The notes under the pieces are model-generated. The model did no database searches. It saw nothing but the letters and a program-made list of their open reading frames with translations, and was not told the origin of the DNA. Below, piece after piece: positions 47,349 through 57,700 of a stretch of 64,000 nt of DNA (the first letter of the stretch is position 1; every line of letters begins with the position of its first letter). Made by a program: the position numbers and the translations under genes. Source of the DNA: Clostridia bacterium (GTDB lineage Bacteria > Bacillota > Clostridia > Christensenellales > UBA1242); NCBI GenBank assembly GCA_045637805.1, contig JAZUAE010000012.1:135532-199531 (forward strand), written 5' to 3'.

Positions 47349-47651
47349 ATGTTAACAAAAGAAAATAAATTACTACAATTATCAAAAGAATTTGCTATTG
47401 ATGTTATTGAATGACAAAAACAATTAAAGAATAAAAATGAAAATATCATATCTAATCAAATAGGAAGAAGTGGCACAAGTATTGGTGCAAATATTAGTGA
47501 AGCACAATATGCTCAAGGGAAGGCTGATTTTGTTTCAAAATTAAAGATAGCTTTAAAAGAGTGTAATGAAACTTTATACTGGTTAGATCTTGGGCTAAAC
47601 ACAAAATATATAGATGAAAAAGTTTATGAAACTTTAAATAAAAATGTTTAA
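47349..47651 (+). pseudogene. Four-helix-bundle protein (23S rRNA IVS protein / Avd family) with in-frame TGA at codon 22 and short C-terminus
   Basis: Translation is MLTKENKLLQLSKEFAIDVIE*QKQLKNKNENIISNQIGRSGTSIGANISEAQYAQGKADFVSKLKIALKECNETLYWLDLGLNTKYIDEKVYETLNKNV. RSGTSIGANI.EA and KADF..KL.IALKE..ET.YWL are the family signatures. TGA is at 47412-47414. Confidence 0.8.
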
Positions 47652-47713
47652 ATATTAGGGTTTTGCTGATAAAATCTTGTAAAACCGCTCAAAATTAAAA
47701 TAACTTTTTAAAG

Positions 47714-47813
47714 TTACCGTAAGGTCAATAGTGTTGCGTCTAGCAACTCTTCATGTCCGATAGGACTCTTCATGCGCGTTAGCGTTCTTCATGTATCGTC
47801 AGATATTCTTCAT
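47714..47813 (+). repeat. Heptamer-plus-hairpin mosaic repeat, 3' arm (TCTTCAT orientation)
   Basis: Hairpins TTACC-GTAA-GGTCAA, GTTGC-GTCTA-GCAAC, GTCC-GATA-GGAC, GCGC-GTTA-GCGT and GTATC-GTCA-GATAT. The last four are each followed by exact TCTTCAT (47748, 47767, 47786, 47807). Confidence 0.85.
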
Positions 47814-47828
47814 TAACATTTAGACATT

Positions 47829-47857
47829 AAAAAAGAGAGCAATTAGCTCTCTTTTTT
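47829..47857. terminator. Bidirectional terminator (stem AGAGAGC/GCTCTCT)
   Basis: A6, AGAGAGC-AATTA-GCTCTCT, T6. The terminator at 49721-49750 uses the same stem. Confidence 0.8.
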
Positions 47858-47880
47858 ATAAATGATGATGTTGACTTAAT

Positions 47881-48750
47881 TTAACGCTTATTAGAAGTAT
47901 AAACTAACCCAACAGCGCCAGGTCCGCAGTGTGTGCCGATTACCGGTCCGATGGTCAGGCGTTTTATTTCAACCTTGCCGTCAACAACTGGTGCGATTAA
48001 GTTTTCAATCATGTCGGCTACTGGTTTGTTTTCAGCGTCTATTATGTAGATAGGGCAGGTAGATTCCTTTATATAGTTATCTGCAAAGTTCTTAGCGATG
48101 ATGCTTGCAGCTTTTTTAGTACCGTTACCAGCAGCTATTTTAACAATCTTACCCTCGTCAGACACGTGAAGGATAGGTTTTATGTTTAAAAGTCCGCCGA
48201 TTACAGCTGCTGCTGCAGAAAGACGGCCACCACGCTTTAAATGGGTTAAGCTGTCTACCATAAACTGGCAGGCAACTGTTGGAGCAAACTCTTCGCAGAA
48301 TGCTAAAAGTTCTTCGTCTGTTGCACCTGCTGCTTTCTTTTTAGCAGCCTCAAGTACAACCAAACCACCACCAACGCAAATACTCTTTGTATTAAATGTA
48401 ATAACTTTTCTTTCTGGATATTTTTGTTTAAGCTCGTCAAGGGCAAGTTTCATGTAATTAAATGTACCTGATAACTGGTCAGAAAAGTGAATATAGAATA
48501 TATCTTCGCCAGCTTTGAAAATAGGTTCAAAATAGTTTACATAGTCTGCAGGGTTAAGAGCAGCAGTTAGTGGCATTGAACCTTCACGTACTCTTTTATA
48601 GAAGTGGGCAATAGCCTCTTCATCTTTACCCATATCATAAACCTTTTCCTCGCCATCTAGAATGTAAGGCATGCCAAGCACATGAATGCCATATTTCTCA
48701 ACATCTCTCCAGTCCATTTCGCAATCTGTATCTGTAAATAAAACGCTCAT
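47881..48750 (-). CDS. DegV family fatty-acid-binding protein
   Basis: 289 aa. N-terminal LFTDTDCEM, and C-terminal GPVIGTHCGPGAVGLVY typical of DegV. AAGGAG RBS. Confidence 0.85.
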   Translation of the reverse strand: MSVLFTDTDCEMDWRDVEKYGIHVLGMPYILDGEEKVYDMGKDEEAIAHFYKRVREGSMPLTAALNPADYVNYFEPIFKAGEDIFYIHFSDQLSGTFNYMKLALDELKQKYPERKVITFNTKSICVGGGLVVLEAAKKKAAGATDEELLAFCEEFAPTVACQFMVDSLTHLKRGGRLSAAAAVIGGLLNIKPILHVSDEGKIVKIAAGNGTKKAASIIAKNFADNYIKESTCPIYIIDAENKPVADMIENLIAPVVDGKVEIKRLTIGPVIGTHCGPGAVGLVYTSNKR

Positions 48751-48879
48751 TAGTATAAACTCCTTTTTTCAACAAATTAATATTGTTTGTAGATTTATTA
48801 TATAACTTTTTAATTCTTTTGGCAAATCTTTTCTACAGTTATTTATTAAATGTTGAACATTTTATTTTGCGTTTGCATC

Positions 48880-48908
48880 TTGAAAAAGAAGTTGGTGTGT
48901 GTTATAAT
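48880..48908 (+). promoter_or_regulatory. Sigma-70 type promoter (TTGAAA-17-TATAAT)
   Basis: -35 at 48880-48885 and perfect -10 at 48903-48908. The ATG at 48918 is only 9 nt downstream, with no SD. Confidence 0.6.
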
Positions 48909-48917
48909 GTAAGTGTT

Positions 48918-49700
48918 ATGGAAAATTTGAATTTGAACAAAAGAAAATTTAAACTCTATAATGACAATGCGGAATACGCAGGTGAGGCTATGCGTAACTT
49001 TCTTGATTTGTACAGAGGATCGCTTGGCAACAACATTAATAATTGTATTTCACAGATTGAACATACTCATAAAAATGATATGTATGAAATGCTAATCTTT
49101 TTTAAAGACGGCTTGTTTGACGAGTATGGTGCGTTTGCCGTGCCATCAGTTGATTTGAATAAAAACCTTAGCGATGATGAGATTAAAAAAATTGCATACT
49201 CAACGCCTTGTTTTGATAAAATGGCCAAGTTAAATGGTTGGATAGTTGACACGTCGGGCAATATTTATCCTGCGAAAAATCACCCTAATTTTATCAATTT
49301 TTTAACCTTGTTTGGGGTTGATTGTTCATCGTTTATAAGGGTAACTAATGCGCCTATCGGGCTTGCTCCGCTTAATTTTTCAAGTGCATCGCATTATATT
49401 GATGTAGAGAGGAGTGAAGTTTTAACAAAAGAGCAAGTTTTAGCTCTTTATAATTTGAAAAGAATATACGAATTAAGATTTGAAAACTGTGCATTAAGAC
49501 TTCAAGATTATATACTAGACTCAATGCTTGGTGGTTACTTGCATGAAAACGGTGATTTGTATAATATGGACAATTTAAAAACCATACAAAAGTATTGTCC
49601 TGAAAATTTTAGCGCAAACGAAACATATAAAAACTTTTTGTATTACTCAAAGCATAAAGAGAGTTATGAGGAGGACTTTGGCGCCGAGCTTAGAATATAG
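48918..49700 (+). CDS. Hypothetical protein (260 aa), probably leaderless or near-leaderless
   Basis: Start moved from 48783 to ATG 48918 (MENLNLNKRKF...) because the consensus promoter lies inside the upstream extension. TAG stop, followed by a terminator. Confidence 0.6.
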   Translation: MENLNLNKRKFKLYNDNAEYAGEAMRNFLDLYRGSLGNNINNCISQIEHTHKNDMYEMLIFFKDGLFDEYGAFAVPSVDLNKNLSDDEIKKIAYSTPCFDKMAKLNGWIVDTSGNIYPAKNHPNFINFLTLFGVDCSSFIRVTNAPIGLAPLNFSSASHYIDVERSEVLTKEQVLALYNLKRIYELRFENCALRLQDYILDSMLGGYLHENGDLYNMDNLKTIQKYCPENFSANETYKNFLYYSKHKESYEEDFGAELRI

Positions 49701-49720
49701 GTTAGGGCAAGTTGTTATCT

Positions 49721-49750
49721 AAAAAAAGAGAGCGATAAGCTCTCTTTTTT
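49721..49750. terminator. Bidirectional terminator (stem AGAGAGC/GCTCTCT)
   Basis: A7, AGAGAGC-GATAA-GCTCTCT, T6. Confidence 0.8.
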
Positions 49751-49766
49751 AGATATAAATATATTA

Positions 49767-49840
49767 ATGAAGAGTCCTAACGGACATAAAGAGCGATGTT
49801 TCGCGCTCTCTACCGAACCGCGTGCGAATATTCACCGCAT
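49767..49840. repeat. Heptamer-plus-hairpin mosaic repeat, partial single-arm copy
   Basis: ATGAAGA-GTCCtaacGGAC-ATAAAGA-GCGatgtttCGC..., then GC-rich hairpin-prone sequence up to the stop of the 601-aa gene. The first module is near-identical to 47755-47773 (reverse complement) and 19479-19503. Confidence 0.7.
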
Positions 49841-49846
49841 CTTGAC

Positions 49847-51652
49847 CTAATCTTTGTTTATTTTCTTGCGGACGGCAAGTATTATAACCAAGAATATCAG
49901 GTTTATGACAACCAGTACCATGCCAAGTATTTGTAGCATTGACCAAGAGTCGGTTTCAACCGCTGAAGCTAACACGTAGCCAGTAATTTCATTGCCGTCA
50001 AGGTCGTTGTATTTAACTTGCAGGTACTCGCTGTCTATTCGGCGTGTTTGTATAACGCGCAATCTATCACCACTTGCGAGTTTACCGATAACCTCACTGT
50101 TTCCGTCAGCATCTTTATAGACATTGACGCCTGTTTTAAGGTAGGCATTTGTTACAACTAGGTTGTAGTTAATATACTTACCATAAACTCGGTCTTCTAG
50201 AATGAATCCCGTCTTGCCGTTGACTTCAACTAACAAGAATTTGCGCCCGCCCATCTCAGCATCGCACAGGGGTGATAAAATCCTCACTTTGTCGTTCTTT
50301 GAAATAGTTGCGAGTATACTGTTGCCCTCAGCTTCACCGGTCACATTTGTTGGAAGGGTGAAGAGGGAAGTGCCTTCTATTACATAAACATAATTATGTG
50401 GATAATTTGTGGCTTGGAGCGAAGAAAGCTCTGAGCTTTTTATATATCCGAAAATATTTGCTCCGCTATAAACTGCTAAGCAATAGCTGTATCCAAAGTC
50501 GGCGCCATCAGCTGTTGGTATTGAAAGCAATGCTACGTGCGTGCCTTCTGGAAGCGTGGTGCCTTGACTTGAATAAGGCGATAAGTAACAAACCTGCTCG
50601 CTTGTGAGCTTGTAATACTTAATCGCGCCAACATCATAGTCCTCGTTTGTAAACAGCTTGTTTGAAATAGTTTTTTGAAGCTCAAGTTCTATTACAAAAG
50701 GCTCAGTATTAGTTTTATTTAATGTGCAAATGTTTGCTTTAAACTCAGCTTCATTTAATTTTAAAACAAGCTTGTTTTTATAAGCGGAGGCGACTGATGT
50801 GTTTGTTATTTGGCTTGTGCCAAGACTAGTTAGTGCTGGCGAATCCGATGTGTTATATGTGTAATAGTTGATTGATGTGTCGGATATTGTTAAAATTACC
50901 GTTTCACTATCGATTGCAGAAACGTATAGATTGTTTGCTGCACTGTCAAGTGAGAGTGTTGTCCAAGTATCGATAGTGTGAGGTGAAGAGATATTATACG
51001 AAAAAGTATAATAGTTTGATGAAGATTGTAAGAGGATTTGTGCGTTTCCGCTATCCTCAGAAAGAATATATGCAGCGTTTATTCCGCCTGATAAGCTTTC
51101 AAGGAATGACTGACCAAAAGAAATGTTTAGCGCAGATTCAATCTTTGAGTTTTCCAAATTGATAGAAAGCAGCGTGAGAAGAGTTGTTTCTTCAGCCTTT
51201 GGGATCAAAAGTAACAAAATCTCAGTTGCTGACTTTTCAAATAAGGAAACGCTTTCAACGCTTTCAAAAGAGGTTGTTTCGGTTAAATTTTCAACCGAAA
51301 CTGGCTCTAATGTTGCTGCGTTATATACTTTTACTTCATCATTTGTAAGAACAAAGAGGTTGGAGGCTGATGCGGCAATGTCAATAGGTGAGTTAACAGC
51401 TATTGACTCGTTTACTGCAACAGTGTCTTCGCTCATGTCTAATTGTTTGATTTTACCATCTAAATCATCATAGACAAAGATGTAGCTTTCGTTATTACAG
51501 ATAATTGATGAGTCGCGAACAAAGAGGGTAGAAATCTCTACACTTTCTGCACTTGCGCTAGAAAGCACATTCTGCGAGCCAAAAAAGCCCATCGATAATA
51601 TAATGAGAATAAAACAAATTAAATATGTTGTAAATTTTTTGGCTTTTGTCAT
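49847..51652 (-). CDS. Surface protein with signal peptide, C-terminal SH3b-like domains and C-terminal TM anchor
   Basis: N-terminal signal/TM KKFTTYLICFILIILSMGFFGS...ASAES. SH3b-like units end in GYIKSSEL, TGFILEDRVY and TGYVLASAVE. C-terminal TM LQILGMVLVVINLIFLVIILAV followed by RKKINKD. Confidence 0.8.
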   Translation of the reverse strand: MTKAKKFTTYLICFILIILSMGFFGSQNVLSSASAESVEISTLFVRDSSIICNNESYIFVYDDLDGKIKQLDMSEDTVAVNESIAVNSPIDIAASASNLFVLTNDEVKVYNAATLEPVSVENLTETTSFESVESVSLFEKSATEILLLLIPKAEETTLLTLLSINLENSKIESALNISFGQSFLESLSGGINAAYILSEDSGNAQILLQSSSNYYTFSYNISSPHTIDTWTTLSLDSAANNLYVSAIDSETVILTISDTSINYYTYNTSDSPALTSLGTSQITNTSVASAYKNKLVLKLNEAEFKANICTLNKTNTEPFVIELELQKTISNKLFTNEDYDVGAIKYYKLTSEQVCYLSPYSSQGTTLPEGTHVALLSIPTADGADFGYSYCLAVYSGANIFGYIKSSELSSLQATNYPHNYVYVIEGTSLFTLPTNVTGEAEGNSILATISKNDKVRILSPLCDAEMGGRKFLLVEVNGKTGFILEDRVYGKYINYNLVVTNAYLKTGVNVYKDADGNSEVIGKLASGDRLRVIQTRRIDSEYLQVKYNDLDGNEITGYVLASAVETDSWSMLQILGMVLVVINLIFLVIILAVRKKINKD

Positions 51653-51671
51653 AATTTCACCTGTAATTTAT

Positions 51672-51701
51672 ATTTTACTCTGACAATTAAGTGTTTGTCA
51701 A
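51672..51701 (-). promoter_or_regulatory. Promoter for the SH3b protein gene (TTGACA-18-TAAAAT on the minus strand)
   Basis: Reverse complement of 51696-51701 is TTGACA and of 51672-51677 is TAAAAT. A hairpin (TAGCTACTAGG/CCTAGCAGCTA) lies between it and the giant gene stop. Confidence 0.5.
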
Positions 51702-51770
51702 ATTTTTGTTTAGCTACTAGGATTTTCCTAGCAGCTAAACTGTTTGTGTTTGTTCCAGTTAGAAGTTGTC

Positions 51771-54700
51771 TTACATAAAGATATTTCTAAATGGAGAGTT
51801 GTTTGGCAATTTGTTAATGAGGTTATCAATAAGAGCTATAGTATAGACTGCAACGCCAGCTACTGAAAGGGCTAAGAGAACTGTACCGATTACTGTTGTT
51901 GCAAGACCAGCAGTGAAGTAGGTTAATAAACCAACACCAACAGCTGTAACTGTTGCGATACCAATAATTCCAGCAGGAATTTCGTCCCAGTCACGGTCTT
52001 GGTAGTAGATTCTTTGGGTATCGTCGAGTGATATTTGAAGATGAGTAATATCTTTACCGATCGATCCTCCAAATGCATTCTTTTCAGGAGTTGTTGATGT
52101 GAACGCTAGGGTTTCAGCCTCTACTTGTGGACCTTGTTTTAATGAAAGTATATTAATAGCTTCTTGTATTGTCATTTCATTGCTTTGAGAAGAACTATTA
52201 AGTGCAGATGTACTTTTTGCATCGTGTGTTCCAAGAACACTTGTTATTGTGAAACCACAATTTGTAAGAGTTTTATAATATTTATAACCCTTGTCAGCCC
52301 ACCAAACAATTCTAGGTAAAATCCATGTCTTTTCCGAAACTGATAAATTTGTCTGTTCAGCGTTATGGACTGTTACGTAACTATCAAACCTGATTGTATC
52401 ACCAAAGTTGTAGTTGGTTGCAATAAGGTCAGCAAAGTTAGACGATTGATAATTTTTTACATTTCCACTTGTATAAATGTCACTATTTAAGTATTCCATG
52501 TATTTTCCTACGTTAATAGTTTTGTACTCGAAGAAATTGTTTAAATCATCATAACCTTTAAAGTTTGTATCAAACAATATGTTAATAAGTCTATCTATGT
52601 TTAGGAAACGTTTAATGCTTACATCGCCACCATGATCAAGTATATCTGTAATGTTAACATATCCAGTTGAAAGTATGTTGTTTTGTATGTCTTCATTTAT
52701 ATCAACTGAAGATAAGATATTGATCAGTTGAACAATGAATGTGTAAGCTGCAGCATATAAGTTGTTTCTTTGTTCTGATCCATTAAATCCAACACCCCAA
52801 ACAATATTTCTTTTAAGTTCTTCCGCAAAAGATCTTTCGTTTTCTAGGAAAGCATCTACATGATTTTTAGGAGTATCAGCAGGGTTAGGGAAGTATGTGT
52901 CAAGCATAGCGTTTAGTCTTGAAAGATAAGTTTCAGTACCCTTAATGATTGTTACATACATTCCTGAAAAGTTGTTTGTAAATTGTTTATATGCATTTCT
53001 AAAAGTATCCTGATCTTTATATAACTCTCCAAGATAGGTTACTGTTTTCGCATTTTTGCCTTCCCAGTATTTATTGTGGCAATCAGCTTTTGGATAATTA
53101 TTATTATCTGGTTCACCACCGATATCAGTAAACTTTAAATCGACGATTTGCGCGTTATACATGAAGTTTGCCTTAATATTAAGGTTTATGTTAGATGGCA
53201 TAGGGTCGGTGTCTTGTCGGTTGATGTAGAAGCCACTAATTTGATTACTTGATGTTGAGGTTGGCATATTTGTGCTGAGAATGTTTTTACCAGAGTATAA
53301 GTCGTAAGCATAGCTGTCGTTTTTAGTGTAATCTACAGCAGAAACATTGAATGAATGCGCCGTTACAACATTGTCTTGGATAAGGCTATTTTTTGTACCC
53401 ATTTGAACGTTTACAACAGGGAACGCTCCATTTTCGTTTTGTACGAAAAGTTTGATGGTGATAGTCTTATTATCAAAGTCTATGTCTAAGCGTACTCTTT
53501 TCTTTACGTCGTTATAATATGTGTTGATATCTTCTGGTGTTGAACCGAAAGATATGTTGATTAAGCCTTCAATTAATGAGTAGCCTTCATCTTTAATGCG
53601 ATCATTGTTATCAACCTTTTCAATGTAATCGTTAATATGGGTAAGCGTTGTGTTTGAGTAGTAAGACATTATAGTGTATATCTGAATATTTTTGTTGTTT
53701 TCAGGATTGTATATTTCACTTAGTCCGTCGAAATCCGTCTCATCTTCAATAGGAGTGTATTTGATATAGTAGTTAGAACCACTGGCATGTACAAGATAAC
53801 CGCCATCGTACATATATCTAAAGTAAGGATCTGAACCGTCAGATATGCCATTTACGTAAACAGGTTCATTATTTTTATAAATGAGGTGACCGGTTGCTTT
53901 TGATTTTGCAAGGTCGATGAGGTTAAGACCGATTTTTGTAAAGTATGGTAGCTTATGTCCTGAGTCATCAACGTTTGTATATACATAAGGTGAAAGTGAA
54001 TTTACGTCTTCCTCTTTATTAATCTTGTGAACTTCCTCTGTGAATACAATTTCAGTTGAAGATTCTCCTTTGTCGGTAAGAGTTGTTACACCTAAGATTT
54101 CAGCAAGTTTAATATTAATTACAAGAGACTCAGACAGATAGAACGCGTTGATGGTTATATCTTCTGTAACTGCATAAACCTTAAGGTTGTTTCTGCTCGA
54201 AAGCTGAGATTCAACTGCGTTAATTTGCATTGTCTTGTTGTAAAGACGGTTTTCGGTATCACCGGTAATTGCTTGTGGGTTATAGATGCTATACGATTTT
54301 GTCGTAGCCTTTAAGCCGTCGTAGTCTATGTTCATTTGATTTTTATACGATGATATATCTGCATCAAGGTCTGAACCGTTGTTAAATTGTATATCGCTAC
54401 CTGTCCAAGAAAGAACTTGTGATGAAAGTGCTGTGTTTGTATCAACCCAAGCTGTATTTGTGGTTTTATAACCTGTCCAACCAACGATCTTAAATCCAGG
54501 GTAGTTGATTGATGCAAACATTGCGTTACTGTTAGCTTCAACTAAAAGGTTACCAGTAACTGAACCAAGATCTGAGTTGTGAACTGAGTAATCTGTTGGC
54601 TCAATAACGATTTGTTGATCTTCTTCATCAAGAATAGGAGATTCTCCATCTAATGCAACAGAGGCTTCAACATTGTTAACTGTAATCTTGAATGTTTTAG

Positions 54701-57700
54701 CTTCATATAGAGCAAAAATTAATGTATCTGCAGAAATTGTTGCATCAGCTGTGTAGTAATTACCAGATATATTGTAGTTTGAACCTATTTTAATCAAACT
54801 CATGAGTGAGTTTAATGGAGAAGTAGGCTCAGACACTGCATCTATATAATGGTTCAACACTTCCTTGTTTGAAAGGTTAGTCGTAACATTTGAAAGTGGA
54901 CTAACGTATGCACTTGTAACGGAATAGAAACCTTTGAAGAAATAATTATCTTTAATCTCAGCTTTGAGTGTAACAGATGTATCCTTTGCAATTATTACGC
55001 CAGAATTATTAAGACCTGTGTACTTGTTAAAGATATAATCAGTTGTCTTATTACTTGAAGCAGATGTTGAAACTTCTGCTTTTTGATCAGAAGATAGTGC
55101 TGCATCTTCTTGAACACCTATATCAGTAGTTTGATTCTTATCGGCAAGTGATAGAATATATGTATCTTTAGTTTTCCATGAATTGTTAATTAATTCATAT
55201 AAATATTTATTGCGAAGTGCAACAAATTCCTCGCCGCCATCAGCTTTAGTACTGTCATATAGATTCTTCAACTGATTTATTATTACGTCGATTCCGGTTG
55301 AGAAGTAGTTGACATTGATTATTTTTGAAAGTAATGCGTAATCTATTCCAAGTTCAATATTAAATTTTGTTTGGATAGGTGTGTTATAAGTTTCGATATC
55401 GATAGCTTTTACGTCACGAATCATTTTTGATATATATTCTTCTTGTGCTCCAGTTGGGAATTCCGTTATCAAAATAGCACTGAGTGGATTTTTATCCAGT
55501 AGAGGATATGTATCAAACGAGAAGTTGTCTTTAGAGTATGTGCTTCCTTCAATCATATAGCCAAGACCATGAAGCGCTGAAAGAACTATAACAAATTTGT
55601 TTTGAGGAATTGATTCATGATAGTTGAATGTAATAGCTGTATCTGCATTTGCTGTAAATACATGAGTAAGTGTTTGAGCAAGTATAGTTTTGCCATCACT
55701 GTCTAATGTGTTTTGTATCGTATTAAATGCGGTAATATCAGACAATGATTTGTTAACTTTCTTGGTTGCAGATAGTATATATGGGATAGAATCATTATTC
55801 TTACGTGTGTACGTAGAACTTACACGAACGAGAAGGTGAGGCTCTACATAAGCACCAGTTGTAGAAATTTGTTGCCATGAGCTGTTATAGTAAACTTCAA
55901 GTTTTTGTGTATAATCACCATCATAAGTTGTAGTATTAGTGCTTTTAACTACATTAACGCTTGGAGTAACTAGTTTTATTGTCTGAATTTGAATTGTTGA
56001 GTCAACTAAGAAATTTTCAGTATTGATTGAAATAGAATTGTCGTATTTATTTGTGTTTAAAATTTCTAATGTTTTAGCATTAACAAAGTTCGTTATGCGG
56101 TAGTGGTTATACTCATAAACAGATGCTCCGCTTAAAATGTCTGTTGTTTCTATAAAATCACATGGGGTAATAGTGAATTCAGAGTATCTACCAACAGGAT
56201 AAACAATAGTTTTGTTAGAGCCTTTTAATTGATAAGTATAATTATTCTCGCTTTCGATATACGAAACTTGTGTATCTGCGCTCAACTTATAGTTATAACG
56301 ATTATTTTCTGTTGATTTTTGTTCATAGTCTTTATTGTTTATGTAGATATCATTATCGAAATCTATTGAAATTGTACGAGTATTGATTGTTAGATGTGCG
56401 TATAATGAATATCTGTAACCCGATTGACTTCCAACTGTTGATCCCGCATGAATGCCATCTGAAAGGGTAACGCGGCTGCTTGTTGTAAATATTCCTTTAG
56501 ATAAATCACGAGAATTTGAATAACCATTCATTGTGAATGAGTTGTTTACGGCATAAATCTCAAGTGCGTGAGCATCTGATAGGTGACAATAAACACTTTT
56601 GAATGTTATTTCTGTTGAAGTAAATTCTGTAATTTCAAGTTCTTCAGTGCTTCCGTCAGGGTAAACTATTCGAGCTTTAATTAAAGAATTGATGTCTGTA
56701 TTAAACTCTTTAATATCTGCTATAGCATAGATTTGATAAACGATATACCTTGAGTGGTTAATCATAACCTGATGAATTGATGAGTTTGAAGTTGTAGGAT
56801 TGAATATTATTTCATCTACAGCTCCAACAATATTAAACGTCATATCAAATTTGTCGTTGTTGTAAGAAACATTTACGAAAGAGTCTCTTGCTATCTTTAA
56901 GAAGTCATCATCTGATTTACTAGATAAAGCTAATATTACACTCTTCAAATCAGATTCGTAGAAGTCACCAGATTTAAGTGAACTTATATAAGGATCAGAA
57001 TTTGATTCACCTGTCCAGTTAGCGGTATCAGTGTTTGAATCAGCGTCATACATATAATATGTGTAAGTATCTTCATCAAGGGTGTAATCGTTAGGATCAA
57101 TACCATTAATGTAAAGTGATACAAGTTTAACATAATATGGTTTGATTTGAACGTCATATTTTGCAAGAAGCTCATTACTTATAGTTATCTTTATTGCCTT
57201 AATTGCATAGCCATCGCTTGTAGGTAATAATGATGGATACTTTGTTACTATAATAGATGTAGGTGCAACGTCTGTTATTCCATAAGATTCGCCTTTTGAT
57301 GTCTCTGTGAAACTTTGATTAAGTATCTGGAAGTCACTATCAACGCCATTAACCTTAATCATTACGTGACTGATTGCGTAGCCATCAATGCTTGAAATGT
57401 TAACAACGTTGCGGTCAAGTTCTGTTACACCAAAGCCGAATGTGTCTTCTTGGTTTTCAACAATAACTTGATGTTCAATTCCAACAGTTGCAACAATATC
57501 TTTTGAATCAAAGTTTAAAGCATAGAACTGATAAGCTGGGGTTTTGTTAGATCCAGGAATTTCAATATTATTCACTGTGTATGACATGTGCATATCAATC
57601 TTGTTTCGGTTTAGAAGGTAGATTGTGATAAGTTCGCCGTGTTTAGCAGTAAACTTAGCAGTATCATTTGTTTCCTTTGTAAAGTTGAATGATTGAATCT

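Noticed and set aside
47349-47651. Diversity-generating retroelement (DGR), because the four-helix-bundle ORF belongs to the Avd family
   Set aside because: There is no reverse transcriptase ORF in the window. I saw no ~100-bp template/variable repeat pair, and no C-type-lectin-like target gene is adjacent.
47206-47813. CRISPR-like array (short repeats with unique intervening segments)
   Set aside because: The repeats are only 7 nt and the intervening segments are 11-20 nt and mostly self-complementary. The two arms are inverted, and there are no cas genes or leader.
12590-48917. Longer N-terminal extensions in the ORF track (12590, 13371, 33408, 38560, 42120, 43615, 48783)
   Set aside because: Each extension overlaps the upstream gene, a terminator or a consensus promoter. 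In each case a downstream ATG with a proper RBS or promoter context fits better.
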